DNA of 64,000 bases from the IMG/VR virus record IMGVR_UViG_3300033475_000015, one strand, 5' to 3'. Numbering within the stretch: position 1 is the first letter of the stretch; each line of letters opens with the position of its first letter. The notes beneath the pieces were generated by a model. It saw only the letters and a program-made list of their open reading frames with translations, was not told the DNA's origin and did no database searches. Source of the DNA: a virus. Shown in pieces: positions 45,960-55,539 of the stretch. A program made the translations under genes and the position numbers.

Positions 45960-46265
45960 ATGGACAGCTCCACCAAATCTCCCCAGTCACAGCCGCCCCC
46001 GAGCGGCTGGGCCACAAACACCACGTTCGCCCGGACGGTGGGTGTACACTTCACCACGGCCAGCCGCTACCGTAACGGGGAGCGGGTGCCGTCCACAGGC
46101 GTGGCCCAGCGCATCGCCGCCGCCTACTCCCTCGACCCGGGCGATCTGCTTCAGGCGATTGTCGACGGTCGCGAGGCGTTCGGCCACTTCATGCGCATGA
46201 ACGTATTCGGCCCCGAGCCGAAAGTCGACCTCAACGAAGACGGAACCGAAAGGCTGGCTGCCTGA
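45960..46265 (+). CDS. XRE/Cro-like HTH protein
   Basis: FARTVGVHFTTASRYRNGERVPS; leaderless TAGTAT. Confidence 0.75.
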   Translation: MDSSTKSPQSQPPPSGWATNTTFARTVGVHFTTASRYRNGERVPSTGVAQRIAAAYSLDPGDLLQAIVDGREAFGHFMRMNVFGPEPKVDLNEDGTERLAA

Positions 46266-46559
46266 ATGACTACCAAAACGTACGAGTCCCGGAACCTGAC
46301 CCCCAGCCAGCGGGCCGACCTGGCGCAGCACACGCTCTCGGCCGTTCGCCTGGCTCTGCTCCAGAACGGCTGGGCCCAGGTCCGGCCGGACCGGTTCGAG
46401 CGGGGCCCCGAGGGAGCAGAGACGAGATACGTGTACGGACAGTCCCGGGTGGCCGTGTGGGCCACCCGACGATCCGTCAGCCCGGTGGCCGAGTTCAGCT
46501 TCGTCGGCCAGCCTCGGGACTCGGCCGAGATGGACCGGTTCAAGACCCTGATCAAGTAG
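46266..46559 (+). CDS. Hypothetical protein
   Basis: ORF in run. Confidence 0.6.
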   Translation: MTTKTYESRNLTPSQRADLAQHTLSAVRLALLQNGWAQVRPDRFERGPEGAETRYVYGQSRVAVWATRRSVSPVAEFSFVGQPRDSAEMDRFKTLIK

Positions 46560-46623
46560 TTCAGCAGGCTGATGCGGGCGGGGGTGGTGTAAGCACCACC
46601 TCCGCTTTGGTGTCTTCGTCCCC

Positions 46624-46652
46624 TTGACAACAGGGCAACCCCGTGATTGGAT
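46624..46652 (+). promoter_or_regulatory. Rightward member of the cassette promoter class (TTGACA-N17-TTGGAT; TTGAC-N5-GGCAA)
   Basis: Followed by RBS CCGGAGGTC and ATG at 46694. Confidence 0.6.
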
Positions 46653-46693
46653 GGGTGTTGCAAGGGCAGGCAACCAACCCGGAGGTCAGGCTC

Positions 46694-47470
46694 ATGGACA
46701 CCACGCTGGAGTACGAGATGGCGACGGACGCGCTGGCCGTTCTGACCGCCGCTGGCAAGGGGGACACCCCCCTGGCCGCTCGGGCCCGCGAGCTCCAGGC
46801 CAAGTACCAGACCACGGCAACGAGCACGGGATTCGGGGTGGCGGATTTGGTCCGGCTGAGCAACGGCGAGAAGCCTGCCAAGAAGACCGACGGCGGTCAG
46901 AAGGCCACCGGGTCCTCCAAGCGCGGGGGCGCGACCGACAAGCAGCGCGACTTCGCCAAGAGCCTGATGAACGACCGCGACTTCGGCAGCCTGTTCTACA
47001 CCCACCCGCTGCTGCACGAGGCGGGCACCCGGCTGCAGGGCGACGGGCCGATCGACTGGCAGACCTGCTCTGAGCTCATCAGCGTCCTGAAGGAGACCGC
47101 CTACCGCGCGGACTACGTGCCCAAGGCCCAGCGCTCCACCACCACCACCTCCCCCCGCGCCCCGCGCGAAGTCCGCGTGGAGGAGGGAATCTACCTGCTG
47201 GGCGACGATTACGTGAAGGTCGTCCACAACCAGGACCACACCCGCCTGTACTCCAAGGTCTGGGACGGCGAGTGCTGGGACTACGAGCAGGGGCGCAACC
47301 TGATCTACAAGCTGACCCCGGAGATGGCGCTGACCGCCGAGGACGCGCATGAGTTCGGGGACCTCTACGGCGAGTGCTGCTTCTGCGGCCTGGCACTGAC
47401 CGACGAGCGGTCCATCTCCGCCGGGTACGGCCCGACGTGCGCCAGCAAGCACGGCCTGCCCTGGGGCTGA
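46694..47470 (+). CDS. DUF6011-like Zn-finger protein
   Basis: C-terminal GECCFCGLALTDERSISAGYGPTCA. Confidence 0.75.
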   Translation: MDTTLEYEMATDALAVLTAAGKGDTPLAARARELQAKYQTTATSTGFGVADLVRLSNGEKPAKKTDGGQKATGSSKRGGATDKQRDFAKSLMNDRDFGSLFYTHPLLHEAGTRLQGDGPIDWQTCSELISVLKETAYRADYVPKAQRSTTTTSPRAPREVRVEEGIYLLGDDYVKVVHNQDHTRLYSKVWDGECWDYEQGRNLIYKLTPEMALTAEDAHEFGDLYGECCFCGLALTDERSISAGYGPTCASKHGLPWG

Positions 47471-47539
47471 CCGCCCCCCTGATTTCTCGGACCCGCCCTC
47501 GACCGAGGGGCGGGCCCTACGACCCCGAGAGGTAAACCT

Positions 47540-48349
47540 GTGAACGAGCAGCAGCGTACGCCCGAGTGGACCGTGACCCCGCTGTCACGGCACGTGGCCG
47601 TCTGGCCGCACACCCTGGGCGAGTTCGAGAAGTTCCCCGACGCGGTGGCCACGGTCGCCGACAACGGCGCCCTCCACATCTGGCGCCAGAACCCGACCGG
47701 CGCCCCCGACCGCAACCTGCCCCCGCTCAAGGTCTACGCCCCGGGGTACTGGGCGACCGTGGAGCACGTCGGTGACTGGTCCGAGCTGCAGCCGCCGCTC
47801 CGCACTCCGGCCGAGCGGATCAAGAACTTCGTGAACAACTACAGCGTGTCGGGGGAGAAGCTGGCCAGCCTGGACCCTCGCCCGGATTCCACGCAGGAGC
47901 TGCCCCCGGTCCCGGCCGACCCTTTCGAGGAGCTGGACCCGGACAAGCTCGCGGAGACCAACGGGGACGTCTCGCGCAACTCCGGGGTGGGACACATCCC
48001 GCCCTACCCCACAAGGGCCGGGGAGGGCCCGGAGGAGCCCGGGGAGGGGGTGGTGTCGCAGCCCCCAAAAGCCGGGATGTCGGACGACACCGAAGAGTCG
48101 CCCGACACGGACATGAGCGTCGCCCTGTTCGTGCTCGGCGACTGGTGGGGCAGGCTGCTGCGCTGGCGGCCGGAGCGGCTGTCGGGCTGGTTCCGTGGCG
48201 CGGCGCGCTCCCGTCGCGGGACCGAGTCGCCGACCCCGGCGCCCACGCACTCGCTCTCCCCGGACCAGCGCAAGTCGTACTTGCCCGTGCTGGTGAGTTC
48301 GGCCGCATTCTGTTTGGGACTGCTGACCCTGACGCAGATGCACCTCTGA
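47540..48349 (+). CDS. Hypothetical protein with C-terminal TM
   Basis: GAGG RBS; acidic linker. Confidence 0.55.
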   Translation: MNEQQRTPEWTVTPLSRHVAVWPHTLGEFEKFPDAVATVADNGALHIWRQNPTGAPDRNLPPLKVYAPGYWATVEHVGDWSELQPPLRTPAERIKNFVNNYSVSGEKLASLDPRPDSTQELPPVPADPFEELDPDKLAETNGDVSRNSGVGHIPPYPTRAGEGPEEPGEGVVSQPPKAGMSDDTEESPDTDMSVALFVLGDWWGRLLRWRPERLSGWFRGAARSRRGTESPTPAPTHSLSPDQRKSYLPVLVSSAAFCLGLLTLTQMHL

Positions 48350-48418
48350 TCCACTCGGTCACGCTGCCGCTGTGACCGCCCTGACTTACCTACAGAAAGT
48401 AACCGGAGGTTGCCTGAG

Positions 48419-49150
48419 ATGACTGTTGTGACCACAACTGCCGCCGACACCGACACCGACCACCGGGCCGGGACCAGCTTCGAGGACGACGGCAGGTGGT
48501 GCACCCCCTGCGGCTGTGGCAAGAGGTTTACCAGCGACAGCCCCAGCAAGGCCCAGGCGCGCCAGCGCAAGCACGCCGAGGAGGAGCGCGAGAAAACTGG
48601 CAAGGTCGCGCCCAGGCCGCACACTCCGGTCGCCCGTGCCAAGGAGTGCGGGTGCGGGTGCGGACAGGCCCTGGCCCCCAAGGCGGGCGGTCTGTTCCGG
48701 TCCGGCCACGACGCCCGTTTCAAATCCATGCTGACTGTGGCCCACGCCAGCGGGGAGCAGCTGCCGCACCCACTGAGCAAGGAGCCGATGTCGGCGATGG
48801 CCATTGCGGTGTGGCTGGACGAGCGTCGCGGGGGAGGTTCGTTCTGGCAGGACAAGGTGGCGGCCGGGCACAAGCCCGCGCCGGAGCGCAAGCCTCGGGT
48901 GCCTCGGCAGGCCACCCTGTCGGCCGAGGAGCGGGGGGAGGCTCGTGCCGCCCGGCTCATGGACGCGCTGGCGTCCCGGCGTCCGGCAGCCGGTGAGGTC
49001 GGCATGGTCACCCTGCGGTCCGGCAGTCAGCACGGGGCCCGGGTGGTCAGCCGCAAGGACCACCAGAGTCTGGTGGTCAGGTTCCTGGACGGACCTAGCT
49101 GCAACCAGGAGGTTGTGGTCCTGGACCACAGGTTCACCAAGAAGAAGTAG
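48419..49150 (+). CDS. Hypothetical Zn-binding protein (CGCG motifs)
   Basis: CTPCGCGKRF; CGCGCGQ...FRSGHDAR; ACCGGAGGT RBS. Confidence 0.65.
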   Translation: MTVVTTTAADTDTDHRAGTSFEDDGRWCTPCGCGKRFTSDSPSKAQARQRKHAEEEREKTGKVAPRPHTPVARAKECGCGCGQALAPKAGGLFRSGHDARFKSMLTVAHASGEQLPHPLSKEPMSAMAIAVWLDERRGGGSFWQDKVAAGHKPAPERKPRVPRQATLSAEERGEARAARLMDALASRRPAAGEVGMVTLRSGSQHGARVVSRKDHQSLVVRFLDGPSCNQEVVVLDHRFTKKK

Positions 49151-49236
49151 CCGCACCGGCAAGCCGCCGGGTAGCGTGGGGCGCGGTTCCGTATCTCGGG
49201 ACCGCGCCCTAACCACGCTCCCGAGGAGGTACCCGC

Positions 49237-50124
49237 GTGACCAGTGCGGGCCGAACTCTCAAACCGGTCACTATCTCGTGGTCGGAGGTCGATACCTATC
49301 GCCAGTGCCCTCACAAGCACCAACTGACGTACAAGGAGCGCTGGGTCGGCAAGACCACCAGCCCCAGCCTGCAGAGGGGCTCGCTGTACCACAAGGTCAT
49401 GGAGGGGCACTACCGTTCACTCATGGAACGGCCCGGGGATCTGGTGGCCGCCCGCCGACAGGCGGAAACCTGGTGGGCCGAGTGGCGCCAGGAGTGGGGC
49501 GACGAGGAGACCGCCGAGCTGGTCTGGTGGATGTATGAGGGGTACATCGACCTGTACGGCGCCGACGATGACTGGGACATTCGGGGCGTTGAGCAGAAGC
49601 TCGAAGTGCCGCTGCTGACAGCGGGGGGCAACCGGTCCCGGTTCACGCTGAAGATGCAGATCGACCTGATCGTCCGAGACCGGTCGATGGGCAACAAGCT
49701 GCTGATCATCGACCATAAGACCGGCGCCGACCTTCCGTCGCGCAAGCAGCTAGACATGGCCGATCAGTTCGGCTTCTACCTGTGGGGGATGCGCCAGCTC
49801 GGGCACGACGTATTCGGCGGAGTCTGGAACGGCGCCCGCACACGCCGCTTGAAGACAAAGGAGCAGCCGCTTCGCGAGCGGTTTTCCCGGCCCATGCTGG
49901 CCCGGACCGACCACGAGCTGACCACGATCGCCCAGGAGGCGTACCAGACCGCCCGCAAGGCATACGCGGCGGGTGCCGTGGCCGAACGGCACCCGGACGC
50001 CGACACCTGCCAGTGGAAGTGCGGGTTCCTGGAGGCGTGTCTGCTCGGGCGCAAGACCAGCGACGCCAAGGAACGCGAGTTCCTGGAGGATTCCGGCTAC
50101 GTGGTCGACCACACCCGCCACTGA
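49237..50124 (+). CDS. PD-(D/E)xK (RecB/Cas4-like) exonuclease
   Basis: YRQCP, EQKL, IDLIV, IIDHKTG, CQWKCGFLEAC. Confidence 0.85.
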   Translation: MTSAGRTLKPVTISWSEVDTYRQCPHKHQLTYKERWVGKTTSPSLQRGSLYHKVMEGHYRSLMERPGDLVAARRQAETWWAEWRQEWGDEETAELVWWMYEGYIDLYGADDDWDIRGVEQKLEVPLLTAGGNRSRFTLKMQIDLIVRDRSMGNKLLIIDHKTGADLPSRKQLDMADQFGFYLWGMRQLGHDVFGGVWNGARTRRLKTKEQPLRERFSRPMLARTDHELTTIAQEAYQTARKAYAAGAVAERHPDADTCQWKCGFLEACLLGRKTSDAKEREFLEDSGYVVDHTRH

Positions 50125-50160
50125 CCGAAGACTTGGGTCTCCACCTATAGACACGGTGTC

Positions 50161-50460
50161 TAATCGTGTGGCAGGATTTCCCTTGTCGCCATCACGGGCG
50201 TCGAGACGCGGTGCCTGGCCTGTCGGGCGCGGTCGTTCATGGGTGGCTGAGAGGTGGCTGGGTCATGCGGGAGCTTGAGAACTCCGCCCGCACGGTCGGT
50301 ACAGGCGGATTCAGAACTTGGGAATCGGCAGCAACACCCTGTGGCAGCAGGGGCCCCGCGCCAACGGGGCAGGCCGGACTCGGGGGACCTTTCCCGTCGC
50401 TAAGCCCGTTGAATTCGGGCTGCCTCTCAGCCGTTAAATGACAGGCAGAGACTAGACAGA
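50161..50460 (+). ncRNA. Candidate structured intergenic RNA
   Basis: Long-range helices GCCTGTC/GACAGGC and GGCTGAGAGGT/GCCTCTCAGCC plus several hairpins; no protein-like ORF. Confidence 0.4.
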
Positions 50461-50470
50461 GAGACTGAAA

Positions 50471-51397
50471 TTGACCAGTACCAAACTCCGGACCTACAGC
50501 GGGTCGCTCGACGACGCGCCTGAGTTCCTGAACGTGCTGTACTACGGCGAGCCCGGGTCGGGCAAGACCTCGAACGCCGCATTCATGGCCCTGCTGGGCA
50601 AGGTCTACCTGGTGGACGTCGAGTCCGGCGCCAAGGCCAAGGCCCTTCGCGGCCTGGGCATCCCCACCAAGAACATCGTTCTGGTCCCCGTCAACAGCTA
50701 CCAGGATCTGGACGACTTCTACTGGTCGGTCAAGAACGAGTTGGCCACCGACCCGGACAGCGTGGCCGGGATCATCTTCGACTCATACTCGGAGATCCAC
50801 GACCAGCTGATCCGCGAGCAGGTCGACAAGCGCCACGCCAAGGCCGTCCGCAAGGCTACCAACGCCCAGGGTACGCTGGTCATGGACGTCGACGACAACG
50901 AGTTCTTGGTCGAGCTGTCGGAACGCGGCATCGTGACCGAGCAGCTGCGGACCCTGACCCGTCGATTCCGGGACCTGCCGTGCCACTGCGCGTTCGTGGC
51001 GCTGGCCAAGCGCGATGTCGATCCGGATGGGGGCGGGGTGGTGTACCTGCCCCAGCTGCCGCCGAAGTTCGGTGCCCAGCTGCGCGGGTTCGTCGACATC
51101 GTGTGCTACACCTCTCAGGCCGAGGGCATCGACGAACCCTCGGGATACCTGGGTGTGTGCCGCGAGCTCGGCAAGTACCGGGGTAAGGATCGACTGGGCG
51201 GGACCCTTCCGGTCACCGCGTTCCCCTCGTTCGACCGGCTGGTGTCCGTCGTGTTCGACGATATGGACCTGACCAAGGACCCGATCCAGCTGCGGTACAT
51301 GAACCGGGTGAGGTCGGCCATGGCCAGTACGGCTGATCAGGACCAGGACGAGCCGGACACGGACCAGACCCCGGTCTACGCGCCGGTCGACCAGTAG
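50471..51397 (+). CDS. AAA ATPase (AAA_24/Sak4-like recombination protein)
   Basis: YGEPGSGKT, LVDVESG, IFDSYSE; between nuclease and SSB-like gene. Confidence 0.8.
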   Translation: MTSTKLRTYSGSLDDAPEFLNVLYYGEPGSGKTSNAAFMALLGKVYLVDVESGAKAKALRGLGIPTKNIVLVPVNSYQDLDDFYWSVKNELATDPDSVAGIIFDSYSEIHDQLIREQVDKRHAKAVRKATNAQGTLVMDVDDNEFLVELSERGIVTEQLRTLTRRFRDLPCHCAFVALAKRDVDPDGGGVVYLPQLPPKFGAQLRGFVDIVCYTSQAEGIDEPSGYLGVCRELGKYRGKDRLGGTLPVTAFPSFDRLVSVVFDDMDLTKDPIQLRYMNRVRSAMASTADQDQDEPDTDQTPVYAPVDQ

Positions 51398-51462
51398 CGC
51401 CCGGCTACCGCACAACACCGGGCAGAAGAAACCAAACAAGCAGACCAGAGAGCAGGAACACC

Positions 51463-51921
51463 ATGCCCAAGCTGACCAGCAACGTCGCCCAGAAGACGGC
51501 CGAGGCCGAGGGCGGCAACTTCGAGCCGCTGCCGGAGAACACCTACCTGGCGGTGCCCGAGGAGGTCACCATGGAGCCGGGCGGCGCCAACGGCCCGTAC
51601 TGGAAGTGGACCTTCAAGATCGCCGAGGGCCAGGAGTACGCGGGCCGCAAGCTGTTCATGAACACCTCGCTGTCCGAGAAGGCCCTCTGGAAGCTCAAGG
51701 AGACCTTCGAGGCGTTCGGGGTCTCGACCGACACCGACACCGACGACCTGATCGGCAAGCCGGTCAAGCTCTACGTGGTCCAGCGGCCGATCGAGCAGGG
51801 CAAGCGCAAGGGCGAGATCGGCAACGAGATCCGCAACCTGCTGCCTGCTGACGGCACCAAGGCCGCCAGCGCGTCCGGCGCCAAGGGCGCCGCCAAGGCG
51901 GACGACGTCCCGCTCTTCTAG
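51463..51921 (+). CDS. DUF669-like ssDNA-binding protein
   Basis: FEPLPENTY, YAGRKLF, LIGKPV; C-terminal DDVPLF. Confidence 0.75.
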   Translation: MPKLTSNVAQKTAEAEGGNFEPLPENTYLAVPEEVTMEPGGANGPYWKWTFKIAEGQEYAGRKLFMNTSLSEKALWKLKETFEAFGVSTDTDTDDLIGKPVKLYVVQRPIEQGKRKGEIGNEIRNLLPADGTKAASASGAKGAAKADDVPLF

Positions 51922-52039
51922 GCCCGCGCAGGGCGCGACCCTGCTTGCTGAACCTGGCCCCGTTGTCCTATACGCAGGACAGCGGGGCCAGCTGTCTTAT
52001 ATGCTTGGTGCGAATCTCTATCAATAAGGCGGTGGCTAC

Positions 52040-54499
52040 GTGCTCAACGCGGCGGTCGAGGCCCAGTGGCGCGAGCTGGCAGGCCAGGGGGCGTATGTTT
52101 TCCCCCTGCCCGAGGGTGGCAAGAACCCGGGGGAGCTGGGCATCAAGTGGAAGGAAGGCTGGATCAGCCGAGGGCGCAACCCCTGGCCCCAGCTGGTGTC
52201 CGTCCACTTCGAGGCGACGGGGTTGTGGCTGGCCACCGGCCAGGTGTCCAAGCGGGTTGTGCTGGACATCGACAAGCCCGAGGCGGGAGACTACTGGCGC
52301 GACAAGATCGGCGCTGACATCTTCGACAGGGCCCTGCGAGTGACCACTGGCAAGGGATACCACCTGCACTTCCGCATCCTGGCCGACGACGACCGGGTGT
52401 GGGACAGCCATTCGGACAACGAACTGGGGTACGACCTGAGAGGGGACGGGGGTGGTGTAGTAGTCCCGCCGTCCGTCCACCTGTCTGGGCGCCGGTACGA
52501 GTGGGCCGGGGGTGAGCTGCTGGACGTGCCCGAGGTGCTCCGCCACCCGACCAAGACCAACGTGTCGTCCCTGGAGCGCGCCCGAGAGAAGCGCAAGCCC
52601 GGGTCGACACTGGCGGGCCTGCTGTCCGACCCGCCGGAAGAGGGCGGTCGCAACAACTGGCTGACCCGGGTCGGCGGGCACCTGGCCAAGTTCTGGCCCG
52701 GCCCGATGGAGGACGGATACGCCGAGCTGATGCAGTACATTGGCGGGCGCCTCGACTCTCCGATGGACGAGGAGGAGATCGCCAAGACGGCCAAGTCGGT
52801 GTGGGCCAAGGAGAAGGACCACGCCGGGGCCGATCACTGGTCGGACGAATCAGGCCAGCTGGTCGGCCGGGATGGGAAGCTGTACACCCGGCGCAAGGGC
52901 GAGGATGGGAACTATTACGTCACCGAGTGGGCCGACTTCGATATCAAGGCCCGCCGCGTGATCCAGGAGGGCGAGGAGCGCGTCTTTTACGTCGACATCG
53001 AGACCTCGCACACCACCTACGCCAACGAGCCGCTGAGGGCCGAGGTGCTCGGCAGCATCAATAGGCTGAACGTCTGGACCGCCGCACACCACTGCTCCGT
53101 CATCGGCCACCCGGCGGACCTGTGCAAAATGGCCTACGGCACCCGGCTGATGCGCTACCTGTTGTCCCAGGAGCCGGACGCCAGCCAGACCGCATTCTTC
53201 TACGGCCAGCAGGAGGACGGCACCTTCCTGACCCCGGACGGGCTGCTGGAGGGGGGTGGTGTCACGCCGTACCGGGGCACCATCCCCGCTGCTCACCTGC
53301 CTGGATGGGTCAACTACAGGTACGGCACCTGCCCGACCGACGAGGCGGTCGGCGTGTTGCGTGAGGTGATGACCTTCCAGGAGGAGACTGCCGCCTCGGT
53401 ATTCGGAGCCTGGTGGGCGATGGCCCTTCTCAAGGGACGCTACCAGTCCTCGCTGTTCCCGTTCATGCTGCTGGAGGCGGGCTCCGAGTCTGGCAAGACC
53501 ACCGGGTTTTTCGCGATGATGGTGGCGCTGGCCGGGTCCCTGGACGGCGCGGGGCAGAACACGCTGGCCGGGTTCCGTGACTCGGTGGCCGCCCACCGCA
53601 ACGGCGTTGCCTGGCTGGACGACATGACCGAGATGTCGGCGGGTCAGGTGATCGACATCATCCGTCAGGCGACATCCGAGGGATCGCGGGGAAAGAAGGG
53701 CGGGGACAACAAGACCACCGAGCGGGTCACCCTGCTGTCCCCGATCTTGGTGTCCGGCGAGGGCTCTGGGTCGATGATGTCCGAGAAGGCCATGTCGGAC
53801 CGATCGGTCCAACTGAGGTTCGGCAGTCCCAAGGGCCGCCGGTCCCTGCACGACCCCGACCGCCCACAGTGGGACGACATCCTGGCGCTGGAGGCCCGCT
53901 ACGGTGGCCGCACGGCGGGCCTCACGGCGGTCTCCGGGACGCTCGTGGCACAGATCCTGGCCAGGGCCCCCCTGCTGGACCAGATGGCCTCTCTGCGGCC
54001 GGACGCGGGCCGTGTGGCGGACAAGTGGGCGATTCTGCGGATGGGTGCCCGGGTACTGGATGACCTGCTGGGCGGACAAGATCACGCTATTCGGGTCGAC
54101 AAGTGGGTCTCCGAGCAGGTAGACAACGGGGCGGCCAACCTCGCCATCAACGAGATCATTCCATGGGCGCTGCGCAACACGGGGGGCGGTGTGGCCGAGT
54201 CCCCTCTTGGCTGGCAGCCCGCCTACTTCAACCCCCGCACCAAGACGGTCTGGATCTCGATTCCCCGCCTGGCCGACCGCTGGCTGGATCGTAACCACAT
54301 CACGGCCCGTGAGCGTCAGCTGGGGTCCGAGGACGCGATCCGAACCGAGCTCAAGGCTATCGGGGCCGAGACTTCCGGAAAGGTCCGAGAGGTGGACCAC
54401 AAGGACGGCAAGGCGGTGGGCCGCCGATACGTAGAGGTCCCGGCCGAATGGACCGCCCGGCTGCTGGCGGCGGCCGGGGCGGAGGTCCCCGAGGACTAA
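52040..54499 (+). CDS. Bifunctional primase-polymerase with PriCT and helicase-like domain
   Basis: VVLDID, GYHLHF, DLRGDGGGVVVPPS, GGRNNWLT, Walker A GSESGKTT. Confidence 0.85.
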   Translation: MLNAAVEAQWRELAGQGAYVFPLPEGGKNPGELGIKWKEGWISRGRNPWPQLVSVHFEATGLWLATGQVSKRVVLDIDKPEAGDYWRDKIGADIFDRALRVTTGKGYHLHFRILADDDRVWDSHSDNELGYDLRGDGGGVVVPPSVHLSGRRYEWAGGELLDVPEVLRHPTKTNVSSLERAREKRKPGSTLAGLLSDPPEEGGRNNWLTRVGGHLAKFWPGPMEDGYAELMQYIGGRLDSPMDEEEIAKTAKSVWAKEKDHAGADHWSDESGQLVGRDGKLYTRRKGEDGNYYVTEWADFDIKARRVIQEGEERVFYVDIETSHTTYANEPLRAEVLGSINRLNVWTAAHHCSVIGHPADLCKMAYGTRLMRYLLSQEPDASQTAFFYGQQEDGTFLTPDGLLEGGGVTPYRGTIPAAHLPGWVNYRYGTCPTDEAVGVLREVMTFQEETAASVFGAWWAMALLKGRYQSSLFPFMLLEAGSESGKTTGFFAMMVALAGSLDGAGQNTLAGFRDSVAAHRNGVAWLDDMTEMSAGQVIDIIRQATSEGSRGKKGGDNKTTERVTLLSPILVSGEGSGSMMSEKAMSDRSVQLRFGSPKGRRSLHDPDRPQWDDILALEARYGGRTAGLTAVSGTLVAQILARAPLLDQMASLRPDAGRVADKWAILRMGARVLDDLLGGQDHAIRVDKWVSEQVDNGAANLAINEIIPWALRNTGGGVAESPLGWQPAYFNPRTKTVWISIPRLADRWLDRNHITARERQLGSEDAIRTELKAIGAETSGKVREVDHKDGKAVGRRYVEVPAEWTARLLAAAGAEVPED

Positions 54500-54551
54500 C
54501 CGCCGCCCCAACGGCCCCGCGCCGTTGGGGCGGTCCCCCCGCCTGTTATGA

Positions 54552-54760
54552 TAACTCCCCGTGACTGTTGTAGTCACGGGGAGTTACTGTGCACCCCCAT
54601 CCTACACACTCATAACACGTTATACTCTATCTACTAACAAGAAGATATGTTATGTCTTGCACCCCTTCTGACCGGCCTGTTGTGTCCTGGATAACGCACT
54701 AACGCCTTTCCGGGGAGCGTGTTCACGTGTGCGCGCTGGCGTGTGCACACGCACGCGCAA
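54552..54760. other. Putative replication origin
   Basis: 15-bp perfect inverted repeat (54552-54586), AT-rich tract (about 54598-54660), alternating purine-pyrimidine tract; directly after primase. Confidence 0.5.
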
Positions 54761-54820
54761 CCCCCATTCTCTCGCCGGGGGCCGTTATCTCCGCCCCAAG
54801 ACGGGGGGTAGACTGCCCCC

Positions 54821-55330
54821 ATGACAAGATCCGACATGTTCGAAGACGCAGTGCAGCATGAGACAGAGATCCGCTGGCACGACGACCCCGCCCGGTACCC
54901 GTACCTGCGCCAGCAGATCATGGGGCACACCTCCCGGTCCCGGGTGATCGGAGCGGGTGACCGCTGGTCGCTGGGCAAGCGCATCGTGGGCTACGCCGTA
55001 CTGGGTCCCAAGTCCCCTCCGGGACGGTTCGATCGTCGAATATTCTGGTGCAAGATGGTCGATCGGGACGGCAGTCGGGAGGACCCACCCTACAACGAGG
55101 CGGTGGATCCCCGGCTGATCCGGGCGGGGGTGGTGTGCCCATGGCTGTTCGGCTACTCCGTGCCTCTGGAGGACTGCGCCAGTTGGCTGGCTGCTCGCCG
55201 CAAGGAGATGGGGCTGGCCGAGGGGGAGCGGGCCGCTGCCGCCCCACCGAAGCGGGTACCCCCCATGACCAGGCAATCTTCGGTTTCACCCGGCGTTGCT
55301 CGATTGACAAGCCAACGCGGGGCACGGTAG
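54821..55330 (+). CDS. DUF6009-like protein
   Basis: EIRWHDDPARYPYLRQ...VGYAVL...FDRRIFW; leaderless TAGACT. Confidence 0.6.
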   Translation: MTRSDMFEDAVQHETEIRWHDDPARYPYLRQQIMGHTSRSRVIGAGDRWSLGKRIVGYAVLGPKSPPGRFDRRIFWCKMVDRDGSREDPPYNEAVDPRLIRAGVVCPWLFGYSVPLEDCASWLAARRKEMGLAEGERAAAAPPKRVPPMTRQSSVSPGVARLTSQRGAR

Positions 55331-55333
55331 TCT
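55304..55333 (+). promoter_or_regulatory. Sigma-A-type promoter for the Y RNA cluster
   Basis: TTGACA-N18-TAGTCT, 7 nt before the first Y RNA stem. Confidence 0.7.
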
Positions 55334-55339
55334 GGTACA

Positions 55340-55414
55340 CAGATCGAGCCGAACGGCAGCGGGTTACCCTTTCGCTAAGAGACAACCCCGCCGCCAACCA
55401 ACTCGCCCGATCTG
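55340..55414 (+). ncRNA. Y RNA-like 1 (short)
   Basis: Stem CAGATCG/CGATCTG; GCCGAACG Ro-binding motif; 3' ACCAACTCGCCC. Confidence 0.7.
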
Positions 55415-55428
55415 CGCACAATCGTCCT

Positions 55429-55512
55429 GGCGCCCGAGCTGAACGACCGTGGGTTACCTTTCACTCTGGATGAAACAAGTCACCCCACAGTCACCCCACT
55501 TGCCCGGGTTCC
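55429..55512 (+). ncRNA. Y RNA-like 2 with anticodon-like hairpin (CTG, Gln)
   Basis: CGAGCTGAACG; TTTCA-CTCTGGA-TGAAA; 3' ACCCCACTTGCCC. Confidence 0.7.
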
Positions 55513-55539
55513 TGGACGCGGCACCACTTGCTGGGCCTC

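Noticed and set aside
50241-50270. TPP riboswitch (GGCTGAGAGG...GGGTCATGC)
   Set aside because: Lacks the ACCTGATC core, and GGCTGAGAGG pairs with a distant strand instead
50400-50470. Complete group I intron before the AAA ATPase
   Set aside because: R-like and P-like words are present but their order and pairings are inconsistent, no S/P7 partner follows, and no gene appears interrupted
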